Source: Cyanobacteria bacterium P01_D01_bin.156 (lineage in GTDB: Bacteria; Cyanobacteriota; Cyanobacteriia; Phormidesmidales; Phormidesmidaceae). From it: DNA of 64,000 nucleotides. The stretch lies in the NCBI GenBank assembly GCA_039024555.1, contig JBCCQQ010000003.1, positions 32,001 to 96,000 of the forward strand. The letters run 5' to 3'. The notes under the pieces were generated by a model. That model searched no databases. It worked only from the letters and a program-made list of their open reading frames with translations, and had not been told where the DNA came from. Positions 23,730 through 33,853 of this stretch are shown in pieces. The first letter of the stretch is position 1. Each line of letters begins with the position of its first letter. A program made the translations under genes and the position numbers.

Positions 23730-24529
23730 AACCCACTGCAACTAAGCCTTTGATTGGCTGGCGTCCATCCTGGCAAGGAATTGTCACCCTCACCATGTAT
23801 GGGTTTATGTATATTCCCATTGTGATTTTGGGAGTGTATAGCTTTAACGAATCTCGCTACGGTGCTATCTGGAAGGGGTTCAGTCTCACGTGGTACCAGA
23901 AGCTAATGGGAGACGAGCGCCTTTTTTTAGCGCTAGTGGATAGTCTCAAAATTGCCCTCTGTGCAGTCACTATATCTGCAGTCCTTGGCACTCTAATGGC
24001 CGTAGGGCTTTCTAAATATCGATTTCCTGGTAAGTCTCTGTACGTTGGGGTCTCTTATCTACCGTTGATTATTCCAGATATTGCGATCGCAGTAGCCACA
24101 CTGGTTTTCTTGACCTCGGCCGCTATTCCTTTAAGCATATGGACTGCGATTGCAGCCCATATGGTTTTTTGTTTAGCCTACATTGCCATTGTGGTATCCA
24201 GTCGCCTGCAGGGGTTAGACCCTAATCTAGAGGAAGCTGCTCTAGATCTTGGAGCAACACCCACACAAGCATTAATTAGAGTCTTAATCCCCCAGCTCAC
24301 ACCAGCTATTCTCTCCGGTTGTCTGCTAGCATTTGTTTTGAGTATGGACGATCTGCTTATTTCAAGTTTCACTGCTGGTGGTGCCAATCCGTTACCGCTG
24401 GAAATTTTTAGCCGTGTAAGAACAGGCATTAAACCCGACATTAACGCCTTAAGCGTTCTGCTCATCCTTACATCGGGACTCATTGCAGCACTGTCTGAAT
24501 ACTTTCGATACAAAAGTGAACGGGTTTAA
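23726..24529 (+). CDS. potC: Polyamine ABC transporter permease
   Basis: YSFNES, LEEAALDLGA and FVLSMDD; ATGA overlap with potB. Confidence 0.88.
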   Translation: MKPTATKPLIGWRPSWQGIVTLTMYGFMYIPIVILGVYSFNESRYGAIWKGFSLTWYQKLMGDERLFLALVDSLKIALCAVTISAVLGTLMAVGLSKYRFPGKSLYVGVSYLPLIIPDIAIAVATLVFLTSAAIPLSIWTAIAAHMVFCLAYIAIVVSSRLQGLDPNLEEAALDLGATPTQALIRVLIPQLTPAILSGCLLAFVLSMDDLLISSFTAGGANPLPLEIFSRVRTGIKPDINALSVLLILTSGLIAALSEYFRYKSERV

Positions 24530-24624
24530 AGACATTTACCCATGACACTCAGTTAACAGTCACAAACAAAACCATCAATTTTTTTGCAAATATTCTCCTT
24601 TGAAAATTAAGTGAAATCACTTTA

Positions 24625-24646
24625 AAAGGTGCCAACGATCACATTT
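24625..24646. promoter_or_regulatory. Possible CRP (SyCRP1)-type binding site
   Basis: AAAGGTGCCAACGATCACATTT matches 16 of 22 positions of the CRP consensus AAATGTGATCTAGATCACATTT. It lies in an AT-rich region about 120 bp upstream of the 24765 gene. Confidence 0.35.
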
Positions 24647-24764
24647 TTTTAACTTGAAAATCACGGCTAAAACCTTACCCAGACGGCATATTGAATATAG
24701 GTAAAAAGTTCTCTTCAATAGCTTTTTACTTCCCTAAAGTTCCTGTAGTTCTGGAGTAAAAGCC

Positions 24765-24965
24765 ATGTTGAATTCTGGCGTAAAAACTCAATCACTCGAG
24801 AGTCTCATAAGCAATATTTTGCGTTGTCGCCGCATTACTCGGGAAACACAAAATGTCTTGATGACATCGTTACTGAACAAATCCCAACTGAATAGCAACG
24901 AGCAAGCACAAGTCGATAAAATTTTTGAGGCGATCACGCAAGGTCGCCTCAGGGTAGTGGACTAA
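24765..24965 (+). CDS. Small hypothetical protein
   Basis: 66 aa with a GGAG ribosome-binding site; helical, ending in GRLRVVD. Confidence 0.65.
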   Translation: MLNSGVKTQSLESLISNILRCRRITRETQNVLMTSLLNKSQLNSNEQAQVDKIFEAITQGRLRVVD

Positions 24966-24967
24966 GC

Positions 24968-25183
24968 CTAGTCTTGTTCAGTAGGCTTATCCTCACTATC
25001 GTTAGCTTCAATATCAGGCACAATATCAGGCCGAACAGCATCTTCCCAACCAGGTGGTCGCTTTGAGTTATACCAAGCCATGGACCCAATACCAACAGCA
25101 GCGATAAAGCCAACTACATACACTAGCTGAAAGTAGTACATAGGAAGACCTGATGCACTCGCTTCACCTAAAAGAATTGCCAT
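24968..25183 (-). CDS. psb35: Photosystem II assembly protein Psb35-like single-TM protein
   Basis: LVYVVGFIAAVGIGSMAWYNSKRPPGWE motif, recognised from memory of the family. Confidence 0.7.
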   Translation of the reverse strand: MAILLGEASASGLPMYYFQLVYVVGFIAAVGIGSMAWYNSKRPPGWEDAVRPDIVPDIEANDSEDKPTEQD

Positions 25184-25259
25184 AAACAGGCTGTTCCTCC
25201 TCTAATACGCTCCCTACAGAGCATTTATACATCTGTTATTTATTCTAGTGGGCTGCATA

Positions 25260-27644
25260 TCACTCTGCAGACACTTCTGAATTTTCTAAAACTGGGATTG
25301 CAGGAGCAGGTGCTGGAGCTACTGGAGCTGGAGCCGCTGGAGCTACTGGAGCTGGAGCCACTGGAGCCGCTACTGGAATTTCGGGTATGACTGGCACAGC
25401 AGGGAGTTCCGGCGCAACTGGCGCAGCAGGGGGTAATGGATCGGCAATCACAGGGGTTAACTCTGCGGGTTCATCCACCAGGGTTGGAGCTGGAGCAGCC
25501 GGAGCTGGAGCCGGGGCTGCCACCGATGGCGGATTAGACGTAGGTGCTGGCCGCCTAATCTCAGGTTGTGGCTGTGGCTCAGACCGTTTTGTCTCGGATG
25601 CTTCTGGTTGAGGAGCTGTAGACGGAGTAGTTGTTTCTGCTTGCTCTGAAGAACGACTACTCCCTGCTTTTTCAGCAATTACTTTGCCAGGTTTGACAGG
25701 CTTGGCTTCAATGGACCCATCACGCCCCGATAGTCGAGGAAGTTCAGGAAACTTTTCGACCGGTAATTCTTCAATAAACTGCGATACAAACTTCCGCCAG
25801 GCATAGGCGGCAGTACTACTGGCTCCACGGGTAGGGCTACTATCATCATTACCAAACCAAACTCCTACCACGAGATTCGGCGTAAAACCAATAAACCAGA
25901 GATCTCTATTTTTTTCCGAGGTGCCAGTTTTTCCGGCTATTTGACGACCACTGATATAAGCATTGCTGCCGGTTCCGCCCTCCACAACACTACGCATCAT
26001 CCAAGCCATAATGGCGGCAGAGTCTTGGTCTAAGGCCTGTTCAGGTTGATCGCTAAATTCGTAGAGCACTTCGCCACTGCGGTTAGTAATGCGCTTAATT
26101 CCATGGGCATCCGTATGCTTGCCTTTAGCCGCCAGAGCACCGTAGGCATTGGTTAACTCCAGTAAATTAACCTCAGAAGACCCTAGAGCTAAAGAATACG
26201 CTGGCAGCAAATCAGACTTAATACCCATGCGCTGAGCTAAGTTAATAACTGGCTCAAAACCGATTTCCACCAGTACTTTAACGGCCACAATATTGATGGA
26301 AGAAGCCAATGCTCGCTTGAGTTCCACATTGCCACTAAATTTTTCGCCGTAGTTTTTAGGCTCGTAACCGTCAACGACATAGCGAGCATCTACGTAGTCC
26401 TTATAAGGAGATACGCCAGTTGCGATCGCAGCACTATAAACAAACGCCTTAAACGTCGACCCTGGTTGACGCTGAGCTTGGGTAACTCGGTTGAACTGAC
26501 TTTCTTCAAAGTCGGTCCCACCCACCATCGCGTGAATTTGACCCGTTTTTGGATCTAACGCAACGATTGACCCCTGTTCAAATCGCTGCCAACGACTGTA
26601 TTCTTCCAGTACCTCTTCCAAGGTTGTTTCAGCAGAGCGCTGCCATTTTGGCTTGAGGCTAGTCTCTACCACTAAGCCACCAGCTTCAATATCCTCTTGC
26701 GAAATAAGCTCAGGCAGCTTTTTTTGAACATAGATGGTGAAATAGGGAAATTCGCTATAAAGGAATTTGGGCTCGTTAGGCGTAGTAGCCACATTACTGC
26801 GATAGGCCGTCGTCGCCTGAGTCTGGGAAATTACACCATTCTCCAACATGCGGCTAATAACCTTATCGCGCTGCTGACGAGCCGCTTCTTCATCCACCAG
26901 AGGAGAATAAAAGCTGGGAGCAGGTGCCATCCCAGCAATTAAAGCAATCTCTGCCACCGTTAGCTCTTCAACGGTTTTCCCAAAATAAATCCAGGCAGCA
27001 TCCGCCACACCATAGGCACCTGCTCCTAGATAGACCAGATTCAGATAGCGTTCAAGAATTTTTTCTTTACCGAGATCTTTCTCTAATTTCCGAGCTAGCA
27101 GTGCCTCACGAAACTTACGCTGGAAACTGCGATCTTGATCAAGAAAAATGATGCGAGCAACCTGTTGAGTGATGGTGCTCGCTCCTTCTACTAGTTCACG
27201 GTTGCGCACATTGGAATAAACCGCACGCGCAATCCCCTTATAGTCAATTCCTTCATGCTCGTAAAATCGACGGTCCTCAGACGCAATAAATCCCTGAACC
27301 AGAGTATCCGGAATATCATCATATTCTAGATACTCCTGGGTGGCTGGCCCAATCTTTTGTAGAACGTCGCCATCATCAGATTTGATGGTAATAGTGCCAG
27401 TACGCTCGAAAGTTAACGCTTGGGACACATCGGGTAAACTGGCGGTCGCTGCTTGCCAGAAACGATAACCACGGGTAGTAAGACCAGCGGCACCCGCTCC
27501 CACTAGCAAAATGACCCAAAATAGAAAGCTGCGGTGGAGTGGCTTTGGAACATTATTCTGCCGTGAAGGCTTAACCCTAGCGTCAGTTAAACCCTCACCG
27601 GCACCATCATTTTTGATTTCACCAATTCTATTAGCCACATTCAA
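25260..27644 (-). CDS. Class A penicillin-binding protein (PBP1A family) with a Pro/Ala-rich C-terminal tail
   Basis: Transglycosylase motifs EDRRFYEH, GASTITQQ and RKFRE; transpeptidase motifs QPGSTFK, SIN and KTGT. Confidence 0.93.
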   Translation of the reverse strand: MNVANRIGEIKNDGAGEGLTDARVKPSRQNNVPKPLHRSFLFWVILLVGAGAAGLTTRGYRFWQAATASLPDVSQALTFERTGTITIKSDDGDVLQKIGPATQEYLEYDDIPDTLVQGFIASEDRRFYEHEGIDYKGIARAVYSNVRNRELVEGASTITQQVARIIFLDQDRSFQRKFREALLARKLEKDLGKEKILERYLNLVYLGAGAYGVADAAWIYFGKTVEELTVAEIALIAGMAPAPSFYSPLVDEEAARQQRDKVISRMLENGVISQTQATTAYRSNVATTPNEPKFLYSEFPYFTIYVQKKLPELISQEDIEAGGLVVETSLKPKWQRSAETTLEEVLEEYSRWQRFEQGSIVALDPKTGQIHAMVGGTDFEESQFNRVTQAQRQPGSTFKAFVYSAAIATGVSPYKDYVDARYVVDGYEPKNYGEKFSGNVELKRALASSINIVAVKVLVEIGFEPVINLAQRMGIKSDLLPAYSLALGSSEVNLLELTNAYGALAAKGKHTDAHGIKRITNRSGEVLYEFSDQPEQALDQDSAAIMAWMMRSVVEGGTGSNAYISGRQIAGKTGTSEKNRDLWFIGFTPNLVVGVWFGNDDSSPTRGASSTAAYAWRKFVSQFIEELPVEKFPELPRLSGRDGSIEAKPVKPGKVIAEKAGSSRSSEQAETTTPSTAPQPEASETKRSEPQPQPEIRRPAPTSNPPSVAAPAPAPAAPAPTLVDEPAELTPVIADPLPPAAPVAPELPAVPVIPEIPVAAPVAPAPVAPAAPAPVAPAPAPAIPVLENSEVSAE
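25300..25520. repeat. Degenerate short tandem repeats (GCTGGA / ACTGGAGCTGGAGCC units) encoding the APVAP/APAP tail
   Basis: Visible repeated gctggagct/actggagctggagcc units inside the 3' end of the PBP1A gene. Confidence 0.6.
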
Positions 27645-27781
27645 TAACCCTATCTAATCCATTTTTTCAAAATGGTTGATTTAATCAGCATGCATCCAAC
27701 TGATGGTCACAATCTGCACCCAGTACTACATAGCCGCTGACATATCTTGACATACCTGCAAAAAGGCTAGCAAAATCCACA

Positions 27782-28795
27782 CTAACCCACCAAGTAATCG
27801 GTATGTCCAAGTGCTAACCCTAAAATCAGCATACCGATTACCAAGAACGGTTGTGCACTAGCCTGATACTTCACATCATTGGCCAGGGGGTCGCGCAGAA
27901 AGTACATATCCTGAAACGTGATTTGCGGAATAATCATCAAAATCAATAAAACCGCATAGAGATTTTTATGAACTGCGATGAGGTAGGTAGCCATCCCAGC
28001 CTGAAAAATATCAATCATCAGCACACAAATCCAGGCAGCAGTGCCTACACCGAACATCACAGGCAGTGACTTCAAACCTAGGGCTTTATCTCCTTCCACA
28101 CTCTTAAAGTCATTCACCACTGCAATACCCAGACCTGCCATGCTGTAAAGCAGTGTGAGAATAATCACAGTCGTATTAAGTTGACCAAACAAGGCATGAC
28201 CGGCCCACCACGGTAAGGCAATATAGCTAGCACCCAGAGCGTAGTTACCCAACCAACCGTTTTGTTTGAGTTTGAGCGGAGGAGCCGAGTAGATATAGGA
28301 AACAAACGAGCCACCAACCGCTAGGGCCGTCAACATGGGAAACGCATGATTTGCCCAGCGATCAAGGCCGTAGGAAACGGCAATCCCTCCCAGCAAAAGC
28401 ACCCAAATTTGCACCTGAACCTGACCTAGACCAATGGCACCAGAGGGAATGGGACGATAGGGCTCATTAATGGCGTCGAGTTCCCGATCGTAGTAGTCAT
28501 TAATTGTTTGGGTGTAGCCTGTGAGCAATGGCCCCGCCATCAGCATGCAAGCCAGAGATGCAAGCACATGCTCTACGCTCCATTCAAAATGTCCAGAAGA
28601 AGCTGCACCACAGAGCACTCCCCAAATTAATGGAATCCAGGTAATTGGCTTCATCAATTGAAGCCGAATCTTCCAGATAGAAGTTTCACCATCAGCGGCC
28701 CCCTTCATACCCAAAAGTTGGCGTGCCTTTGACCCTTCAGATGGGTCTTGATCATCATCGGGACTAGGATTAACCGAGGTGGGAGTATCAGTCAT
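27782..28795 (-). CDS. chlG: Chlorophyll synthase
   Basis: RQLLGMKGA, LMKPITWIP, NDYYDRELDAINEPYRPIPSG and NDFKSVEGD. Confidence 0.98.
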   Translation of the reverse strand: MTDTPTSVNPSPDDDQDPSEGSKARQLLGMKGAADGETSIWKIRLQLMKPITWIPLIWGVLCGAASSGHFEWSVEHVLASLACMLMAGPLLTGYTQTINDYYDRELDAINEPYRPIPSGAIGLGQVQVQIWVLLLGGIAVSYGLDRWANHAFPMLTALAVGGSFVSYIYSAPPLKLKQNGWLGNYALGASYIALPWWAGHALFGQLNTTVIILTLLYSMAGLGIAVVNDFKSVEGDKALGLKSLPVMFGVGTAAWICVLMIDIFQAGMATYLIAVHKNLYAVLLILMIIPQITFQDMYFLRDPLANDVKYQASAQPFLVIGMLILGLALGHTDYLVG

Positions 28796-28827
28796 GAGTG
28801 TAAACAGCAGTTAAAGTACTGATAAAA

Positions 28828-29919
28828 TCAACTAAACGACAAGATCAAGGAGCCTGACTGAAACTTAGCACCGGTCACAGAGCGTCCTCTCAGAGCTGCA
28901 GGCAGAGTTAAGTTGCGTCGCTGATCACCTGCTTCAATAGTGACTTCTGGCCCATATTGAGTAAGCTGAATTTGCTTCTTATCAAAACCAGGTAAAAACA
29001 GACGGACAGTACTATTCGCAAGGTCAATTTCTATAGGGGGAGGGACTAACGGTGCCTCGATATAGTCAGGCATTGCCGACGATAGGGTCTGCCAATCATC
29101 AGTGGGCGCTGGTAAAACACTGATCGGCAAAGGTTCAAATCCCTCAACCTGATGGGTATCACTGCGATTTAACAATAGGCCAGCAACAGTTAGCTCCACT
29201 TGCTGAGCAGCTCCCCAAAGATAAAGGGCGGTTGAGAGCGCAATATCGTCTCCACTGGAAACTAAATAGGCGCGCACCCGCATCGGATCTTTAACAGCCT
29301 CCACACCTTGACCAATCAAACCCGTACCTTGCTTAACTTCAGGATGGTCAAAAACATCACCTGATAATCCACCACTTAAGACGGCTCCGGCCACAGGCTG
29401 AACAAACGGCATAATCGCTTTCGAAAATTGCGAAGCTTGGAATACTTGTCTGAATCGCCGAAAATACCAATCGATGCCTGCAGGCATTCCCCACATTCGC
29501 AGGCTCCCTTGATCGCCAGGGCCATCGTGAACAATTACATCGTAGTCACTACTTGCATCGAATTCCCTGATCGCATTGAGGGTTAGTGCTTGGTCCATGC
29601 CCGGCAGCACACTCAGCTCCTGACCGTACACATCCTTAAAAAAGGGATCTCGCAGATACTGAGCTTCAAACCGCTTAAGCTGCTCCCAATTTTGCTCCAA
29701 CAGCTGCGCGGATTGTAGCTGTACCGCCCACAAATTAGAGGCTATCGATACTGGTTTAGCAGCGACTTCATTCCTAAGCAGCATGCTAAAGCCAGGACCT
29801 GCATCCTCAGTCGCTAAAAGGACACGTTGCCCCTGCATGGATAGTTTCTTAGCAGTCGCGATCGCACATGTAGAACGACCACTTCCTCCTTTTCCCAGGA
29901 AGGTCAGAATTAAGGCCAT
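28828..29919 (-). CDS. ArsA/Get3 family ATPase with C-terminal HSP20-like domain (Get3d type)
   Basis: FLGKGGSGRS, QELSVLPGMD and C-terminal LFLPGFDKKQIQLTQYGPEVTIEAGDQRRN. Confidence 0.88.
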   Translation of the reverse strand: MALILTFLGKGGSGRSTCAIATAKKLSMQGQRVLLATEDAGPGFSMLLRNEVAAKPVSIASNLWAVQLQSAQLLEQNWEQLKRFEAQYLRDPFFKDVYGQELSVLPGMDQALTLNAIREFDASSDYDVIVHDGPGDQGSLRMWGMPAGIDWYFRRFRQVFQASQFSKAIMPFVQPVAGAVLSGGLSGDVFDHPEVKQGTGLIGQGVEAVKDPMRVRAYLVSSGDDIALSTALYLWGAAQQVELTVAGLLLNRSDTHQVEGFEPLPISVLPAPTDDWQTLSSAMPDYIEAPLVPPPIEIDLANSTVRLFLPGFDKKQIQLTQYGPEVTIEAGDQRRNLTLPAALRGRSVTGAKFQSGSLILSFS

Positions 29920-30010
29920 CAGTAACCACTAAAGATTAAAAAAGCTATTCAAGAGCTAAATCAAAAGGCACCTGATGCCAGGCACCCCCTCTCGGTTTCT
30001 CTAGACCAAA

Positions 30011-30211
30011 CTAGACCGTTGCTTTCAGTTCATCCTCAAAAAACCAGCTAGCAAACTGGTCTGAAAACTCAACGACAACACCCACACCACTGCCATCTAC
30101 CATCTTGAACTGGGTAATGGTGCCTTCTTGACCTAGACGCTTAGCAACACTACCAGACACCCGATCTCGTACCCGAATTACCTTTACCTTTTGCCCGATG
30201 TCTAAAGCCAT
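30011..30211 (-). CDS. petP: Cytochrome b6f-associated subunit PetP (DUF2862)
   Basis: IGQKVKVIRVRDRV...FKMVDGSGVGVVVEF...WFFEDEL; SH3-like, in a gene string with arsA and chlG. Confidence 0.82.
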   Translation of the reverse strand: MALDIGQKVKVIRVRDRVSGSVAKRLGQEGTITQFKMVDGSGVGVVVEFSDQFASWFFEDELKATV

Positions 30212-30387
30212 GCTCTAAGATCCTCCTCTCTAGATTCCGATGACTGAAATACTCAGCTCACTGAATATTAAGAATTAAAACTAAACCTAAGTTTATCAGT
30301 GTCTTGCGTTTTGTAATCCATCCAAAAAAACTATTACTGGTAGGATGTTAGTCTTCTCAACCACGTATCCATATCAACTCGTATTTC

Positions 30388-31149
30388 ATGTTGGCTAAGC
30401 GAATTTTGCCCTGTCTGGATGTCAAAGCAGGTCGTGTTGTCAAAGGAGTCAACTTTGTAGAGCTTAAAGATGCAGGAGACCCGGTAGAGCTGGCCCAAGC
30501 CTACAACGACGCAGGGGCTGATGAACTGGTTTTTTTAGACATTACGGCCACCCATGAAGACCGCAACATTATCTTTGATGTTGTGCACCGTACAGCAGAA
30601 AAAGTCTTTATCCCATTAACAGTCGGTGGGGGAGTCAATTCTATCGCCACGATCAAGCAGCTTTTGCGAGCTGGTGCAGACAAAGTCAGCATCAACTCTG
30701 GTGCCGTCCGTAACCCAAACTTTATTCAAACAGCCAGCGATCGCTTTGGCAGTCAATGTATTGTGGTCGCTATTGACGCAAAGCGCCGCCCCGATCAGTC
30801 AGGCTGGGACGTGTATGTCAGAGGTGGACGAGAAAATACTGGCTTAGATGCAGTTCAATGGGCAAGAGATGTGGTCGCGCGTGGTGCCGGAGAATTGCTA
30901 ATAACCAGCATGGATGCAGATGGAACACAGGCTGGTTACGATTTGGAACTTACACGTGCAATATCCAACTCAGTCAATGTTCCAGTCATTGCTTCGGGCG
31001 GGGCTGGAACCTGCAAGCATATTCATCAAGCATTTACAGAAGGAAAAGCAGAAGCTGCTCTCCTCGCGTCACTGCTACATTATGGACAGCTGACCGTAGC
31101 AGAAATAAAAGCTTACCTAACCCAAAAGCAGATTGCTGTCAGACCATAA
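30388..31149 (+). CDS. hisF: Imidazole glycerol phosphate synthase subunit HisF
   Basis: [29 protein letters not shown] and IASGGAG. Confidence 0.98.
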   Translation: MLAKRILPCLDVKAGRVVKGVNFVELKDAGDPVELAQAYNDAGADELVFLDITATHEDRNIIFDVVHRTAEKVFIPLTVGGGVNSIATIKQLLRAGADKVSINSGAVRNPNFIQTASDRFGSQCIVVAIDAKRRPDQSGWDVYVRGGRENTGLDAVQWARDVVARGAGELLITSMDADGTQAGYDLELTRAISNSVNVPVIASGGAGTCKHIHQAFTEGKAEAALLASLLHYGQLTVAEIKAYLTQKQIAVRP

Positions 31150-31240
31150 AACTCAATGTTGCGTATCAAGCCCCAACTGACAAAGGATTTAGGCGAATAA
31201 TTTAGCACTCATAAAATATTCCCAAGCGACAGGCACTTTC

Positions 31241-31603
31241 ATGAGAGCACTGTTACAATATGTAAAAGTACAGTCTCATTTCTTTAAGCCTACCCTTTTA
31301 TTATCGATGACGCTTCTAATTATAGCCATCGTTACCGGTTTGGTTGTTTGGGCGCTTCGTCTTATGGACAGAGCCTTAGTAAGCCAAGAATTTTCTCTGA
31401 TGTTGGCCGGTTTTTTGGTCGCATCAGCCGCAGCTGCCATGGTGGGCGTTTACTTTCTCATGAGCGACTACATGGTTTACATGCATCAAAGTGAACTATT
31501 GCTCAACGATCACTATTTTGATGACGTTTTGATTTTGGATGATCGTCTTTCCATGGAATCAAATATGGGCTCTATGGAAATTGCAAACTTGGTTGGCGAT
31601 TAA
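31241..31603 (+). CDS. Hypothetical membrane protein with two TM helices
   Basis: Two hydrophobic segments around QEFSLMLAGFLV. The start may be downstream, at MTLLII. Confidence 0.65.
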   Translation: MRALLQYVKVQSHFFKPTLLLSMTLLIIAIVTGLVVWALRLMDRALVSQEFSLMLAGFLVASAAAAMVGVYFLMSDYMVYMHQSELLLNDHYFDDVLILDDRLSMESNMGSMEIANLVGD

Positions 31604-31843
31604 CTCTAGCAGGGCCTTCATACTGAGGGGTTTATCAAGTCTTTTTTATAAGGACATCTAGTTTTTTGGCGTTGCTGAGCCTCAGTATGATTTTATCTGC
31701 CAAATTCAGCACTCTGGCAAGATTTACAGAGTATTTCATCTTCTAAATCAGTAGCGGCAGTTTCTATATACATTTGAGGTCGCACAGGCGCTTATTTAAC
31801 TATCAAAGGCATATATACAATCAACATATTTGAGGGCACTTAA

Positions 31844-32497
31844 CTATTTCATCAGGCCTTGCCATGTTGCTGGACCAACAATGCCATCAACAGTTAGTCC
31901 GGCTTGGCTCTGAAAGTTCTTAACGGCTTGCTCAGTGTTTAACCCGAATACACCATCTAGGGGACCATCATATAGATTGAGTGCAGCTAAACGTTCTTGC
32001 AAACGCTCTACATCAGGCCCACGATCTTCAAAAACAAGGACCGGGAAGCTTTCAAGGGTTTCAACGGATGCAGAGTCGGAAGTCCTGACAGGGTTGGAGA
32101 TGTTCCTTACAGAGGTAGTTTCAAGAATATTATTGGGTTGCACGGGTTCTGCTAGCGTTGCAACACTGGGTAATAAACTTTGCCAGGTTAGCGGCCCCAC
32201 AACACCATCTGCATTTAATCCAGCTTCAGTTTGAAATTGACGCACTGCCTGAAGTGTAGCTTGAGTATAGTTGCCGTCCACAGGGCCAGTGTAATACCCC
32301 ATTAAAGCCAACATTGATTGCACATCTTTGACCTCAGATCCCACACTGCCCAACTTTAAAACGACTGCACCTAAGGAGGGTGTAAGTGCTACCCTACGGG
32401 GTATTACAGCCTTAGCCTGGGTTACTCTTGGCGACATCCCGAGAGAAATTGCCAATAGAAAGATCTGACAAGTCGCTTGTAAAGCTGAATGTTTCAT
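31844..32497 (-). CDS. Secreted protein with two peptidoglycan-binding (PG_binding_1) domains
   Basis: Two repeats of L..G..G..V..(L/V)Q..L..L..Y.GP.DG..G..T..AV..FQ..AGL..DG.VGP.TW. Likely start is ATG 32497. Confidence 0.88.
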   Translation of the reverse strand: MKHSALQATCQIFLLAISLGMSPRVTQAKAVIPRRVALTPSLGAVVLKLGSVGSEVKDVQSMLALMGYYTGPVDGNYTQATLQAVRQFQTEAGLNADGVVGPLTWQSLLPSVATLAEPVQPNNILETTSVRNISNPVRTSDSASVETLESFPVLVFEDRGPDVERLQERLAALNLYDGPLDGVFGLNTEQAVKNFQSQAGLTVDGIVGPATWQGLMK

Positions 32498-32765
32498 GGT
32501 TCGTGTAGGCTCTGGTCTATCCTGCAAGGGATGACATTGTAGTAGCAAGCCGTAAAATACTAGCAGCCATATGACGTATGGCGACTTCCAAAACGTCTAA
32601 GGGCTCCATAAAGAGCAATCATAAAGGTGACACAGCACGTTTATTACGTCTAGCTAAAGTGATATTTTCAGGCATTGAGTATGAGCTTAGTCTAGGAATA
32701 CTATTTTAACTGGCCCATAAACAGGCAATCGAAAATAGCCAACTAAAAAATCGTTCAGGATAGTA

Positions 32766-33551
32766 GTGTTTGTACCCTCAATAAAAAATAGATTTTTGGG
32801 CAGCTTCATCGGGACGTATATGGGTAGTCATTTTCAGCTCATTCAAGGCAAAGAGCTACTGCAACAAGAGCTTGCGACTTCACCTCAGCTATGGAAGTCA
32901 TCATTCAGGACAACCCGTCCCTCAGAAAATGCGTTCCCGGATATCTTGCCTGGGTTACTCAAGCATTATGACAACTATCTAGTACGCCATCAGTGGCTCA
33001 GTCAGTCGCTAGAAATTACTACAGACTTAACTCTATTTGCACAAGCAGACGCACTAGACGCCCTGTATCTACTAGGTGATTGTCTAGAGTGGTTTTTGCA
33101 GGCTTCTCCAAATATAGACAGACCCGAGGTATATTTACGCGAGTATCTTCATCAGCGCTATGCTAACGACCCTCTACATGACACCAAGAATCTAGCTAAA
33201 TTAGTGAATCTAGATGGCTCACCCCACATCCTGAGCCGCAACAGAGCAAGCCCACAGACTATGTCCATAGGCACTGTTGAGCTCGCTATCCAACAGTGTT
33301 TGTATTATCGAGAAAACCTGACATTAGCCCTAACATCACAGCATCTCACCAGGCTAGTTACCATGATGGTGGGATGTTTTTTAGGGGCATGGACGGGAAC
33401 GGCAATCATTCCTATCAACGATATAACTGCCATCCCAACAGCTCAGATAGAGGCTCTGAAATCTCAAGCAGAACATTTATACCAAAGTTGGACGGGTGTT
33501 GTTACCCCTAATATTGCTGACTGTTTTGAGGCATTTCCATTAGATTTATAG
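32766..33551 (+). CDS. Hypothetical protein resembling a degenerate ADP-ribosylglycohydrolase fold
   Basis: N-terminal NRFLGSFIG and C-terminal MVGCFLGAWTGTAIIP resemble the terminal motifs of ARH/DraG proteins. The catalytic Asp motifs are not seen. Confidence 0.5.
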   Translation: MFVPSIKNRFLGSFIGTYMGSHFQLIQGKELLQQELATSPQLWKSSFRTTRPSENAFPDILPGLLKHYDNYLVRHQWLSQSLEITTDLTLFAQADALDALYLLGDCLEWFLQASPNIDRPEVYLREYLHQRYANDPLHDTKNLAKLVNLDGSPHILSRNRASPQTMSIGTVELAIQQCLYYRENLTLALTSQHLTRLVTMMVGCFLGAWTGTAIIPINDITAIPTAQIEALKSQAEHLYQSWTGVVTPNIADCFEAFPLDL

Positions 33552-33853
33552 ACAGCAGCCTACTGTCGAAAAAGAGCTGGCTATAATAGTTGGAGTAAAC
33601 GAACCATGCATTTGCTGACACTGTTTAAGCATGTGAGGTTGTAGATGGGAAAGAACACATCGTCAATTCCCCGATGATTGGCCCAACTACCCCAAGCATC
33701 GAATCTAGTTTATCTATAGCATCTGGGGTGTTTTCAGAGAAAATATGATGTCTTCTCCAACCTCAATCGGGTGTCTAACGCTAGTAAGCCATTGGATTAT
33801 TAGTATTACGTTTCGGCTGATCGCAACGGCAACCTTCATTATTAAAGCCTTTC

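Noticed and set aside
25300..25520. Short repeats considered as a CRISPR array
   Set aside because: They are in-frame coding repeats without unique spacers, and no cas genes are present in the window.
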